Part shown: piece by piece, positions 38,569 through 49,923 of the stretch | How the letters are laid out: the number at the start of each line of letters is the position of its first letter | Numbering within the stretch: position 1 is the first letter of the stretch | NCBI GenBank assembly: GCA_963836855.1 | Contig: CAWILN010000004.1 | Span: 75,577-139,576 of the forward strand | Length of the DNA: 64,000 nucleotides | Source of the DNA: an uncultured Actinomycetota bacterium | GTDB lineage: Bacteria > Actinomycetota > Actinomycetes > Propionibacteriales > Propionibacteriaceae | Direction: 5' to 3' | Position numbers and translations under genes: made by a program | The notes under the pieces: model-generated | The model's database searches: none | Told to the model about the DNA's origin: nothing | What the model saw: only the letters and a program-made list of their open reading frames with translations

Positions 38569-40358
38569 CTACTTCTGGCACCCAGGCCGAGGTAGTCGTA
38601 CTCGCCGTAGGCATCGGTAACGAAGATGTTGCGTGGCATTCTTCGACCGCACCAGCAGGCTCTTGGAGTAGACGCCTGGGTAGATGACGGCCTCCTCCAT
38701 GACCCGCTTGTCGATCGCGCCCCAATCTTGGTTGCGCTTGTCCGTGTCGAGTTCGGTCAGGGCCTTGTCGAGCATCTGATCGACCTCCGGGATGCGGACG
38801 CTGGTATTGGAGGAACCGCCGGTCGGTCGGATGACCCGCGAGTCGACGATCTGGGACAAGAAGCCGAAGCCATCAGGCCAGTCGGCCGCCCAGCCGTTGA
38901 GCGCCAGACCCAGCTTGTTCTTCACCACGTACGGCGGAAGGCCGGCGTATTGGGCGAAGTAGTCGCCTTGCGGGTACGGCTTCAGCGTGAGCTTGATGCC
39001 CGACTCGAGCCAACGCCTGCTGGAACGCCTCGGCAGTGGCCTTCTCCTTAGGCCGCTCGGCCCGGTAGGCGATGTTGGTCTCGAAGCCGTTCGGCTGCCC
39101 GCAGGCTTCCAGTGACTTCTTCGCCGCATCGAGGTCGCCCTTGTGATCTGGACCGTTCGGGTACAGATCGAAGGATCTGATATGGCCCGGGATGGTCGGC
39201 GGCAGAAGCGTCGTTGCCAGGTCTCCACCGGCAAACTGGCCACCGTATGCGGTCTGGTAGGCGGTGTCGGTCCATGGCGTACATGATCGCCTTGCGGCAC
39301 TCGATGTTGTTGAGCGGCGGAACTGTCGGGTTGATCGAGGTGTACCAGAGCCGCGCACTCGAGCGGGTTGTCCGCGTTCTCCTTGAGGGTCGGATCCTGC
39401 AGACACCCGGCTCTGTGCGGCCGGTTGAACTCCGGTTGCGACGACGTCGACGTCGAGGTCGCCGCTGATGAGCCGGTTGTCAATGTCATCGGCATTGACA
39501 TTGAGCGTGACCTCGATGCGATCAGGGAGCGCCTTGCGGTTCGGGTCGGTCGCGGGATCCCATTGATCGTTGCGAACCAGATTGAAGCTCTTGCCGGGCT
39601 GCAGGTCGGCAAACTTGTACGGACCGGTGGAGACAATCGAGTTCCGGTATTTGGCGCCGGTGTCCTTGTCCTTGGGGACCGGCATCGTGTTGGGTTGCTG
39701 GCCGAGATAGTCGAAAGCTGCGAACGGCTTCTTGGTATGGAAGACGATCGTGTACTCATCTGGCGTCTCGATAGCCGAGTCGGTGTTCATGTTCGGTGTC
39801 TTGTAGGGACCCTTGTAGCCGCTCGGTAGGTCGAGGATGCGCCTCCCAGTACGCCGGTCCGTTGGGGAAGGTTTGCTTGTCGGTGGAACGCAGTACCGCG
39901 TACTTCACGTCGGCCGAGGTGACCTCGGTGCCGTCGTCGAACTTCACACCCTGGCGCAGCTTGTAGGTCCAGGTCTTGGCGTCCATTGGCTCGCCTGGCC
40001 AGGGCGCTTCGGCGAGATCCGGCACCAACTGGTTGCCCTCCTTGCCAGGTGCGGATTTGAACATCATGAGCGAGCGACCGTACAGCCGCGCGAAATTCCA
40101 CGAGTAGGCGTAATAGGTCTCGCCGGGGTCCAGGGTGTCCCAGTCACCGGCGTTGGCGAACTTCAGCGTGCCGCCCTTCTTGTCGGAGGGATTGACAACG
40201 CTGGTGGATGCAGCGTTGAAGCCGGCCTGAGCGCTCTGGTTGCTCGACCCTTGCTGGCTGCTAGCCCCGCCACCGCCACCGCAGGCGGCCACCAACAGCG
40301 CGGCCGAAACGCCAACGGCGGCCAGGCTCCTAGCTCGCCAGGATCTCGAATGGTTCAT
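38569..40358 (-). pseudogene. Peptide/nickel ABC substrate-binding protein (family 5, OppA/DppA-like), at least 6 frame disruptions
   Basis: ATG at 40358 and a lipoprotein-like signal ending LLVAACGG. Homology hops between frames: ...FPNGPAYWE | ILDLPSGYKGPYK...AIETPDEYTIVFH...GVQPAAQSRV | LQDPTLKENADNPL | SARLWYTSINPTVPPLNNIECRKAIMYAMDR | TAYQTAYGGQFAGGDL...ALARVG | IKLTLKPYPQGDYF...SKNAT | NIFVTDAYGEYDY. The shifts are near 39838, 39404, 39360, 39268, 39001 and 38632. Confidence 0.8.
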
Positions 40359-40405
40359 TAACCGAATCCCTTTCTTGTCTGTCGGGGAGTCCCCCGAGGT
40401 GATTC

Positions 40406-41407
40406 CTACCGGTTGGCTCGTGGATCGAGGGCATCGCGTAGCCCGTCGCCGAACAAGTTGAAGGCCAAGACCGTCACAAAGATCGCCATGCCAGGCCAGA
40501 ACATGAAGTGCGGTTGCGTGTAGTAGACGACGGCATCGGACAGCATCCCGCCCCAACTCGGGGTGGGTGGACGGATACCGACGCCGAGGAAGGACAGTGC
40601 CGCTTCGAAGAGGATGTTGGTCGGGATCAACAGCGAGGAGTAGACCAGGATCGGCGCAATGAGGTTAGGCAGCATCTCGGTGCGCAGGATGTAGCCGCGG
40701 CGGGCCCCAATGCTTTTGGCCGACTCGACGAACTCCCGCTCTCTGAGCGAGAGGGTTTGGCCGCGAATGATCCGCCCGATATAAGGCCAGTTGAAGAACC
40801 CGATGATGAAGATCAGCAACGCAATTCGCAACTGGTTGCCCTGGAGGCCGAACGCCTGGTCGGGGAAGACGCCGGCCAGGGCAATAGCCAAGACCAGCAG
40901 CGGGAAGGCCAGGAACACGTCCATCAGCCGGCTGGTGACAGTGTCCGTCCAGCCGCCGATGAAACCCGAGATGATGCCAAGGGTGGTCCCGATAGCCACC
41001 GACAGCAGAGTGGCCAAGAAGGCGATCAGCAGGGAGATCCGGCTGCCGTACACGACACGGCTGAAGATGTCGCGACCGTTCACGGGCTCAACGCCCATCA
41101 GGTGATCCCAGCTCATCCCTCCGAAGCGGCCGATCGGCGTCAGCGTGCCGCCCGCTGTGTCGATCAGCTCCTGGTGGAACTCGTTCGGCGGGTCACCGAG
41201 GTACTTCACGATCAGTGGGGCGAAGATCGCTACCAGAATGAGAAAGATCAGGAAGGCTCCGCCGGCAAGGGCGACCTTGTCCTTCTTAAGTCGCATCCAG
41301 GCGATCTGCCCGAGGGAGCGGCCTTCCGTCGCCCCGACGCCCGCGGCCAATACAGCCTCCGGGACGGCTGCCTCAGCCTCAGCACCGGCCTCCGGCGGTA
41401 GTGTCAA
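40406..41407 (-). CDS. Peptide ABC transporter permease (OppC/DppC-like)
   Basis: Intact 333-aa ORF of six-TM BPD-transporter type, with the N-terminal OppC-like extension. Confidence 0.85.
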   Translation of the reverse strand: MTLPPEAGAEAEAAVPEAVLAAGVGATEGRSLGQIAWMRLKKDKVALAGGAFLIFLILVAIFAPLIVKYLGDPPNEFHQELIDTAGGTLTPIGRFGGMSWDHLMGVEPVNGRDIFSRVVYGSRISLLIAFLATLLSVAIGTTLGIISGFIGGWTDTVTSRLMDVFLAFPLLVLAIALAGVFPDQAFGLQGNQLRIALLIFIIGFFNWPYIGRIIRGQTLSLREREFVESAKSIGARRGYILRTEMLPNLIAPILVYSSLLIPTNILFEAALSFLGVGIRPPTPSWGGMLSDAVVYYTQPHFMFWPGMAIFVTVLAFNLFGDGLRDALDPRANR

Positions 41408-41553
41408 TTTTCGCCTCCTACCCAGGAGTAACGTAGCTCGAAAGCTCAGCTGACGTATCGATTTTGAGCCGGTTGTGACCGCAGCGATACGCCCGTTTCG
41501 GTACGTCAGAAAGTGGGCTGACAGCTACTTCTTAGATTGACAGCTGGGAAACG

Positions 41554-43753
41554 ATGCGTGTCGCCCACTTGCGCCATTGGCTTGAGGCCAAGGATCCGGG
41601 CTTTCTTGCCGTCAAACGCGCCGTCCGGGTGACCCTGGCGGCATGCATCGCGTTCTACTTCAGCCTCTATGTGGTTGATGACACGCAGATGGCGACCTTC
41701 GCGTCCTTTGGTTGCATCGCTCTCGGTGCGTTGTCGGAGGTAACCGGTACGCCGGGGCAGCGCACCAAAACCTATGCGACTGCGCTGCTAGCCGGCATCG
41801 TCTTGGTGACGATTGGCACCATGCTCGCGGTCAACACCTGGGCCGCCGTTGCTGGGATGCTCGTGATTGGTTTCATGATCGCGTACGCCGGCGTCGGCGG
41901 CCCACGCGTTGTCGGTGCGGTAAACGGTCTGCAGTTGCTCTATATCTTGCCGAGCTTTCCGCCCTATGTTCCCGAGGCGCTCGGGTCCCGGCTGATAGGT
42001 CTCGTCCTGGCTGTCGGGCTACTCGCGATAGCCGACCGGTTGATCTGGCCGCCGCCCGTCCCGATGCCCTTTAGCCATCGGCTAGCCGACGCTATCCAGG
42101 GAGTTCGCCATCGGCTCGTGGCGTTACTCGAACCGAATGGTGATCGGCAGGCCAGCAGTAAGCCCAATACCGATGTTGCGGTGGATCTGCGGCTGAGTGG
42201 CATTCCACCTCTCGAACGACCGACCGGCCCCGGCAGACGAGATCGAGCAGCCATGCATGCGGGAACTCTGGTTCGCGGCCTGGAGGCCCGCGTTGGCGCG
42301 CTGGATGAGCTGATCGAACGAAGCCAGGGCGCAGCAGTCCATGCCAAGGGGGTGCAACTCCTGGGCGTCACTGCACGAAGCCTTAGCGAATCGGCGGAAG
42401 CCCTTGACCATGGCGGCCCGGATCCGGACACCGCGCCCGTCGAGGCCGGGCTCTCCGAGTATGTGCACTGGCGGGAAGCACCTTTCGTTGGGACGGAAAG
42501 TGACCCTGCCTTGCGGTTTCGGCTGCGCTATGCCGTCGCGATAGAGGAGCTCGCTGCGTGGACCCGGGATCTCGCCATGGCCGTCGGGATCATGCAAGGC
42601 GCGCGTGTTCCAGAGCCGCCGACACGATCTGTGGCCGAACCGTTCTGGTACGCGAGCCGCTCCACGCTGTCACTTTGGTTTATCCGGTTCCGTGGTCACT
42701 TCACTCCCCGATCGGTTTTCTTTCAGAACGCAATTCGGTTGGCGGTCGGGCTGGCTGCTGCGCGACTGATCGCCGGGGTATTTGATCTGTCCCACGGGTT
42801 CTGGATGCTTCTGGCGACACTCACCTTGATGCGCACGTCGGTAGCGATGACACGTGCCGCCGTGGTTCCCGCTTTTCTTGGAACTGTCGCTGGCGGACTG
42901 ATTGCGGCGGCGGTTCTGGCGTTGGCAGGTGGAAATTCGGTGGTCTATGAGGTGGCGTTTCCGTTCGTCATGCTCCTCGCGCTGGCCGCTGGGCCTATAG
43001 CCGGGCCTGTGGCCGGCCAGGCACTGTTCACCCTGCTGGTTGCGATGCTGTTCGCCCAGATGGCGCCTGTGTCCTGGCGGCTCGCCGAGGTACGCGTGTT
43101 CGACGTTGTGTTGGGCGGGCTGCTCGGCGCGGTCGTCGGCCTTCTTGTTTGGCCCTTTGGCGCCAAGGGCGAGATGCGGCGTACCGCTAGGGCGACCGTA
43201 GACGCCGCGGCCGACGACTTGGAGTCGACCGTGCGATCGTTGACTCATCGGGAGGTCGCTTCGTCTGGCCAGGAAGACGCTGCCACCCAGGCAGTACATC
43301 TGATGATGTTGGCTGACTCGACGTACGCGCAGTATCGATCCGAGCTCAGCAGCGCGCCCAGACCCGGTCGATTGGTGGGGCGTTCTCCGGGTGGTCCAGG
43401 AAGTCGTTCGAGGTGGTCAGGTTCTTCGCGGCACTCATGGAATGGCAGGACCGCTGCCGTGGCCTGGGGTTGCCGCCGACCTCGAGCGTTTTGGAGTTGG
43501 CACAGCTGATCAACTCCGGGTGATCTCTGGATTCCTCAGCCAGAACTCCTCCCACCCCCACGCCACGAGGGAGGCCGCCGATTCAGCGGTGGAGTCATGG
43601 GTGTCAACCGATGCCGCGCGAGACGTAATACGACGACAGTCCGATCCAGCCAGCGCAGTCCGAGCCCTCGATATCTGGGGATGGCTCACAGGCGTGTCCT
43701 TCGACAGCCGGAGGGAGATGGACCGTCTCGCACAGACATCCGACTCGCGATAG
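41554..43753 (+). pseudogene. FUSC-family (fusaric-acid-resistance/aromatic-acid exporter-like) membrane protein, one frame disruption near 43357-43365
   Basis: The N-terminus KDPGFLAVKRAVRVTLAACIAFYF and two TM bundles are typical of FUSC. After ...YAQYRSELSSA the homology continues in the frame of ORF 43391..43753 (DPVDWWGVLRVVQEVVRGG...). Confidence 0.7.
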
Positions 43754-43989
43754 CTGTATCCTCTCAACGAAGATCACGTTGCGCGCGTTGATGAGTTGAT
43801 CTTCGAGGGACGTACCCAAGAAATGATCATGCCGTGGTTGGACAGCGGGCCAGTGACTTGCACCAGCTTGCTTTGGCTCAGCTAATCCGCGAGAAGAGCG
43901 GGCCAAGCAAGTGATCAACGATCTTCGTAGCTGAACGCTGGTCCAGGTCATTATCGCCGCGCGAAAGCTACCACGACTCCCTGAGCCAT

Positions 43990-44443
<454 letters not shown>

Positions 44444-44551
44444 GCTCGTCGCGGCGCGGGCGGCGGGACAACGACGATCCGGTGGATTCGCGGGTCCACC
44501 AAATGGTGGATGCCAGTGTTTGACGCGCGGGAATCCCGCACCGAACCTGGA

Positions 44552-45049
44552 ATGGTGACTACCGAACTGGCCGAAGTGACCGCCTCTGAAACACGACCAC
44601 CTGGCTTCCGCATCCGCTGGGGCTGGTTCCTCGGATGCATCGCATCGGGCCTCGTGGCCATCGTCGTCGGGTGGTTCGTCGCCGCGCCGGCAGGTCGCAC
44701 GAGCTATCTGGCCGGGGTACTCGTCAACGTCGGGACCACCCTGCTGCTCGTCGGCATCGTCGTGCTGCTCGAGCGGCGAATCGTCGACAATGCGGTGAGG
44801 AAGTTCCGGAACGCTGCCGAAGAGGCGCGCGCGAGGATGCGGGACGATTTCCGCGTCGAGGTCCAGGACTTCACGGATCGTGTGAACGCCGAGTGGGCCG
44901 CCGCATCGCCGGAGGACGTCGATGCGATGAAGGAGCGGACCAAACGCCTCTCCAAGGAGCTCGCGGACAACTATTCCAAGGAGCTCGCTGACAGTTATGT
45001 CGACGAGACGCTCGAGGCCTCCGACGTGGATGAGACGCCGGGGCGGTGA
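44552..45049 (+). CDS. Hypothetical membrane protein (two TM helices + acidic helical tail)
   Basis: The ATG at 44552 lies inside the 341-aa ORF 44024..45049, whose upstream half is antisense to the ABC remnant. I recognise no family. Confidence 0.45.
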   Translation: MVTTELAEVTASETRPPGFRIRWGWFLGCIASGLVAIVVGWFVAAPAGRTSYLAGVLVNVGTTLLLVGIVVLLERRIVDNAVRKFRNAAEEARARMRDDFRVEVQDFTDRVNAEWAAASPEDVDAMKERTKRLSKELADNYSKELADSYVDETLEASDVDETPGR

Positions 45050-45638
45050 GGGGGCGCGAGCTAGGTCAGGTACTCGCGGAGCTACTCGGCCGCGATTGGG
45101 TAGGGCCCACGCAGAGAGCGGCGGCGCTAAAGGCCCTCAGAACCCTGACCCAATACGCACGCGACGCACGAGACCGAGCTAGTGCCCAGAAACTCTCTTC
45201 GCGCGAAACCTGTTGATCACCTTCCCAGGCGACTTGTCGACAGATTCCCTCGGCTGACCTCATCACCGCACGGTAGATTTCGTCCTTCCATCGGTCGATC
45301 TCCGTGATTCTTGGTTGTAGATCTAATCTCTCCGCATATGAACCAATCGACTCCCGCCAGTCGTCTTCGCAGCTGCTCGGGACAGCGGCGCGGCGTACGG
45401 CGGCCTCGTCCAGGACTCCGGTCCGCTAGACGATCGGTGGATTTGCGACGTCGAGCTGATCGTGGTCGTCCGCCAGCGGATGCCGTGCGGCACCGCGGCT
45501 CCGGGTTTCGAAGGCCGGGGAGTAGCCGAGCTGCGTGCGCGCCTTCTCGATCGCCTGGCGCGCTCCCTCCGAAGAAATTCCGGTGCACATCGCGGGTGGG
45601 GATTGGGTTTCCCTGGTTCCTCGTCTGTGGTGTGGCGC

Positions 45639-46874
45639 TTAGGCGAACAGCTCGCCGAGCAACTCGGGGCCGATGGCGATGGGGGCGGGGCGGTAGGCGG
45701 GTGGCTGCGTGCCCATCAGCTCGCGCACCAGGAAGTCCCAGCAGCGCTTGCGGACATAGGCCAGGCAGTCGATGAACGTGTGCTCGGCCCCGGGCACGAT
45801 GAGCAGGTCGAAGTCCTTGTCGGCGGCGATGAGCCGGTCGGCCAGCCGCAGCGTGTGGTCCGGGTGGACTTGGTCGTCCGTTTCGCCGTGGATGAGCAGC
45901 AGCTTGCCCGCCAACCGGTCCGCGAGGTCAACGTTGGAGGCACGGGCCCAGGCCTCGGGATTGTCCGCGCCGTCGTAGGTCTCCACGAAGCCCAAGTTGA
46001 AGTAGCGGGCGTCGTGCGGGCCGGAGAGGGCGACTCCGGCCTTGTACACCTCGGGGAAGTCCACCATCGCCCGCGCTGTGGCGAACCCGCCTCCGGAGTG
46101 GCCGATCGCGCCCACCCGGTCCAGGTCCATCCACGGCCGGGTCCGGGCCAGCTGCCGCAGCGCCGCGACATGGTCGGCCAGGCAGCCCGCATCGGCCAAG
46201 TGGCCGTATGAGGCGTCGTGGAAAAACTTGCTCCGCCCTGGGGTGCCTCGCCCATCCACCGCCACCACCACGAAACCCAGCGTTGCGATGGGTTCCGCGT
46301 CGAGGCCCATCCCGCCGGGGTCGAAGCAGGGGGCGACCCGGTTGACCTGCGGGCCGGGGTAGACGCTGTCCACCACCGGGTAGCGCTGGGCGGGGTCGAA
46401 CCCCCGCGGCCGGTATAGCACCCCATAGATGTCCGTCACCCCGTCCGCCGCCTTGACGCGGAACCGTTCCGGCGGCGTCCAGCCGGTGGTGGTGAGCTTG
46501 GTGATATCGGCGCGCTCCAGCTCGACCAGCACCCGCCCGGACCAGTCGCGAACCGTCGTCACTGGCGGGGTGTCCACAGTGGATGCCGAGTCGATGAAGT
46601 ACTCCATGGTGTCCGGCATGGTGACGATGTGGTCCAGCTCGTCGTCGGTGACCTTGGCGAAGCCGGAGCCGTCCAGACCGACCCGGCACACCGTGCGCCG
46701 GTACGGATCCTCGTCAACCAGCCCCGAGACGGTGAAGTACGCCACCCGCTCGGCCTCGTCGACGTGCAGGATCTGCCGCACCGCCCACTGGCCGGAGGTG
46801 ACCTGCCCCAGCAGCTCGCCGGTGCGCAGGTCGTACCGGTACAGGTGGCCCCAGCCGTCCCGCTCACGTCTCAA
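45639..46874 (-). pseudogene. S9-family serine peptidase (DPP-IV/prolyl oligopeptidase-like), 5'-truncated
   Basis: The catalytic domain is intact (GHSGGG nucleophile elbow, VAVDGRGTPGRS). Only ~190 residues of beta-propeller precede it. The frame opens just after a TGA near 46900, and an unrelated gene ends at 46993. Confidence 0.65.
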
Positions 46875-46992
46875 CGCTAAACCGTGGCGTACGCTCCAAG
46901 GTCAATCTCTCCCTGCTGCGGACTGGTTGCAGGAGCGCAAACCGGCGGAATTGCAACCGCCCGGGAGTGTCCTCGACGGTTGCGCCGCTCGC

Positions 46993-47538
46993 CTAAAGCT
47001 CGTTCAGGATTCGGGTTCTCTGCTGCGCGTGCTCTTCTGGCGTAATCTTCCCATCGGCGAGCAGCTGATCGACAGCCGCAAGTCGCTCCTCCACGGACTG
47101 CTTTGGCTCGGGCAGACCTTCGATTTGAGCACGCGAGCCGAACTTCTGCCTGAACATCTGCACAGCCGCTGCTATGTCGTGAATGTTTCCAGTCGCTGAT
47201 AGAACCACCACGACAATTGCGGCCGCCTCAGTCAAATCCCGGGTCTCCCGCGGCGGCGCGTACCGAACAGATACGCCGTGCTCTTCCAGCATTTGCGCCA
47301 GCACGCTGACGCCCCGCACGCCTCCCCGATAAGTCAGCCGAACGGTGTCAGATTCCATCCGACCAGCCAAGCACAATTCGACGGCGTCCACCTGACCGTC
47401 GCGGGCAGCATACCGCTGCCGTGGGCCGTTAGCCTTCGTCAACTGCTGCAGCGTACGAACGCACCATTCGCGGCTCGGTGGCCTGGAACCGGTTGGCTCC
47501 TCGCGCGTGAGACAAGTCATCATCGACAACAACGCCAT
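46993..47538 (-). CDS. SHOCT-domain protein with uncharacterised N-terminal domain
   Basis: The C-terminus VEERLAAVDQLLADGKITPEEHAQQRTRILNEL matches the SHOCT pattern. The N-terminal domain is not recognised. The start may be the ATG at 47358 (MESDTVRLTY...). Confidence 0.55.
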   Translation of the reverse strand: MALLSMMTCLTREEPTGSRPPSREWCVRTLQQLTKANGPRQRYAARDGQVDAVELCLAGRMESDTVRLTYRGGVRGVSVLAQMLEEHGVSVRYAPPRETRDLTEAAAIVVVVLSATGNIHDIAAAVQMFRQKFGSRAQIEGLPEPKQSVEERLAAVDQLLADGKITPEEHAQQRTRILNEL

Positions 47539-47924
47539 TGACAGCTCAATGACCAGATCGAAAAGGTCTTGCAGGCGTCAATGAGTCGATTACCGCCCAA
47601 AAGAGCGGACTAGGCCGCGTACGAATTGTCGTCAGGCAGTCTCGCGAAGGCAGAGGGTTGGCTGGCTCTCGCTGCGTGTCGGAAACAAGTTATGTAGCTC
47701 ACACGGGTAGTGACGTCATACAGCGATGGCCGTAACCGGGTTCCTCAGCTCGCGCGATCTGTACGATCTGCAATGGCGAAAGCCTTACCACCGAGCTGAG
47801 TACCCCGTGGGGTTCGCCATCGGCCTGCCGAGTGTCGTTACACGTGGTGTCGGTAGCGAAAGGCTGCAAGGCGGCGCGCATCTCGGTCAATTCTCCTCGT
47901 ATCGCTCTATTGCGTACTTTGAAG

Positions 47925-48300
47925 TCGGTGCACGACATGGGCTCGTCATTCGGGCGCCCAACCACATCGGCATGCCGCTGGTCTCGCCTAAATTGAAACT
48001 GGACTTCCTGCGTCGCCAGGTCCTGATGAGCGCAACATCAGCGGCGGACCGCCGATCTCGGTGTTCATGGGTGGGCTGAACTACCAGATCGAGCACCACC
48101 TGTTCCCCTCCATGGCGCGACCCCAACTGGGTAGGGCGCAGGCGCTCGTCGCCGCCTAATGCGCCGCCCAAGGTGTCCCCTAGACCCGCACCACGCTTTG
48201 GCAGTCCTACCGCATCGTCATCGGCTACCTCAACACCGTCGGACTACGCGGCAAGGACCCCTTCCTGTGCCCCCTGATCGCTCAACGCCGCGCCCTCTAA
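47925..48300 (+). pseudogene. Fatty-acid desaturase, 3' fragment only, with two frame disruptions
   Basis: APNHIGMPLVSPKLKLDFLRRQVLMS | NISGGPPISVFMGGLNYQIEHHLFPSMARPQL... | ...GVPYTRTTLWQSYRIVIGYLNTVGLRGKDPFLCPLIAQRRAL. This carries the third His box (QIEHHLFP). The N-terminal two-thirds of the gene are absent. Confidence 0.7.
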
Positions 48301-48975
48301 CCCTGCCGATTCAACTTCCCGCTCTGGGAGCCCGGCCTAGCTCCTTCTTCCTGCGATGCCGGCGAACACACAGAATCAGCGGCGCAATGCCGGCATTGCG
48401 GCAGCGCGAGCCCGATGGCGAGCGCGAGCGCATACGTGGTGCCGAGGAAACGACGACCTGCGCAGGGGACGATCAGTGCCCGGTGGTCCCGACTCTGCCG
48501 AGCTTCGTCTCGGCCGTAATCGATTCTCCTTCGACTCGTGCCGCTGCATCAACCTCTGAACCGAGCGCGTCAAACCTCAGCGCACCCGCTAGTAACCCGT
48601 TGACCACCGCTCCCGGTCCATACCCCTCATTGTTGCCCGCCGCCAGCGCCGTTGATCACCCCACTTCGGGCCTACGGCCGGCGGACGGGCCCTCCATGAG
48701 GGCATGCAAGACCTGCGCTAAACCTACCGAGCGTCTGACCTTGGCGCCTGGGCTTCTCGCCCACCATTAGGGCGGGCCCGTCAGGAGATGCAAGCTCCGA
48801 AACCGGCCCTCGACCGGAAGGGCCCGGCCGCGACCCCATCATCGCCAGAGTCGTGCTCGCTGAGGGCAGAATCAGCCCAAGCGACCGCTCATTGTCGAGC
48901 CCGTGGACCGGAAGCATGCCGGTCGTGATCTTGATCCGCCTGCAGCTGAGCATCGCGCGGAAGCGCGCCGGCGCT

Positions 48976-49299
48976 TCATTCTTGATCATGACCCGACTGC
49001 CGCTGCGCAGTCTGACGGGCCTCAGTTGACGGCCACAAACCAACTGCCTCACGAGCTCTCGAGGTGATGTTCTCCACGAGCGTCGAAGGGTCGCTGCGGC
49101 GGTACGTGATCCGCTCGGGCCACCTCACGATCAGATATTCCACATCCAAAGCGCGCAGGGCCGCCGTCAGATCCTGCCGGGTCAGGCCGAGCTCGTCGAT
49201 CAACTGCTCGGTGTCCACTGGAGCGCTGCCCCGCTCTAGCTTCTCTGCTATCGCAGCCAGCACTGGAAGATCACGTGAGTACCAGGTGTCGTTAAGCAT
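48976..49299 (-). CDS. Hypothetical small protein (possible winged-helix)
   Basis: Intact 107-aa ORF. The ATG at 49299 follows GGAGGGTGAAGCA. I recognise no family. Confidence 0.45.
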   Translation of the reverse strand: MLNDTWYSRDLPVLAAIAEKLERGSAPVDTEQLIDELGLTRQDLTAALRALDVEYLIVRWPERITYRRSDPSTLVENITSRAREAVGLWPSTEARQTAQRQSGHDQE

Positions 49300-49398
49300 T
49301 GCTTCACCCTCCTACAGTCGTCACCGGGCCGAACAATAGCTTGAGCCCGACCCGCATCCGTTGACGCAGCGGCACCCTGGCCGGCCCGCGGCACACCT

Positions 49399-49470
49399 AT
49401 GAGTCCCGGTCGCGTGCACCAAGTGCACCGGACGATCAGGACCGGACTCAACGAGGCCGGCGTGACGGCA
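49399..49470 (+). pseudogene. Possible tyrosine-recombinase (integrase) core-binding-domain fragment
   Basis: SPGRVHQVHRTIRTGLNEA parallels the xxTVxxIHxxLRxALNxAV segment of actinobacterial integrases. Only ~20 residues match, so the call is weak. Confidence 0.3.
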
Positions 49471-49639
49471 GAACAGGCGAGTGCCTTGGTGGACCTGCTC
49501 ATCGATGAGGTGCTCAATCGTCGGTCGGTTGCCCTCGCCGCACCGGCTGACAACGTCGAGGAGCCAGAGGTGTTGCGGCGGGTCGAACTACACACCGCGG
49601 CAGACATGGCCGCTGTCCTGGACTGGCGCCTCCCCGAGC

Positions 49640-49781
49640 CCGCAGCCACCGATGGCGTCTCACCCCGTTCGATGTAATAAGACGCCAGCCCGGTATGACC
49701 CTTCTCGATCGCGTCCAGCGCTGCGATCTGCCGGGTCAGGTAGTCATACCCGGACCCCGCAGTGAGCTTGTGCATGCTCAT
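49640..49781 (-). pseudogene. MobF/TrwC-type relaxase, N-terminal ~45 codons only
   Basis: MSMHKLTAGSGYDYLTRQIAALDAIEKGHTGLASYYIERGETP is the conserved N-terminus of actinobacterial MobF relaxases. Similarity ends abruptly afterwards. Confidence 0.65.
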
Positions 49782-49845
49782 CGTCACACCCACCCGAAGG
49801 GGTACAAGCCGCCCAGACAGCACAATGAACGATCGAAATGTGGCC

Positions 49846-49869
49846 AGATGAGACCAAAGATGAGACCAA
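49846..49869. repeat. Perfect 12-bp tandem duplication AGATGAGACCAA x2
   Basis: Read directly. It lies just beyond the hairpin that follows the tRNA 3' end. Confidence 0.8.
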
Positions 49870-49875
49870 GACCTC

Positions 49876-49909
49876 GAACGCTGGCCCCACCTTGTGGCGG
49901 GGCCAGCGT
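49876..49909 (-). terminator. Stem-loop AACGCTGGCCCC-(10 nt)-GGGGCCAGCGTT immediately downstream of tRNA-Ser
   Basis: Perfect 12-bp stem read directly, starting 15 nt past the CCA end. Confidence 0.5.
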
Positions 49910-49923
49910 TTCGCCTTGTCAGT

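Larger units (their letters stand above)
47540..49923. mobile_element. Degraded integrative/conjugative element remnant abutting the 3' end of tRNA-Ser
   Basis: G+C is visibly lower here than in the flanks. The zone contains a MobF-type relaxase N-terminal fragment, a tyrosine-integrase-like fragment, a desaturase 3' fragment and one intact small ORF. I found no intact mobility gene and no att duplicate. Confidence 0.45.

Noticed and set aside
45426-45590. 54-aa ORF MCTGISSEGARQAIEKARTQLGY... considered as a small HTH protein or sigma region-4 fragment.
   Set aside because: There is no RBS, it sits in a decayed low-G+C stretch, and the similarity is only impressionistic. It is mentioned under the decay-zone finding but not called as a feature.
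49399-49677. 92-aa plus-strand ORF as an intact gene of the mobile remnant.
   Set aside because: Only the first ~20 residues resemble an integrase segment. The rest overlaps the read-on of the relaxase fragment on the other strand and has no recognisable features. It is treated as a fragment at low confidence.
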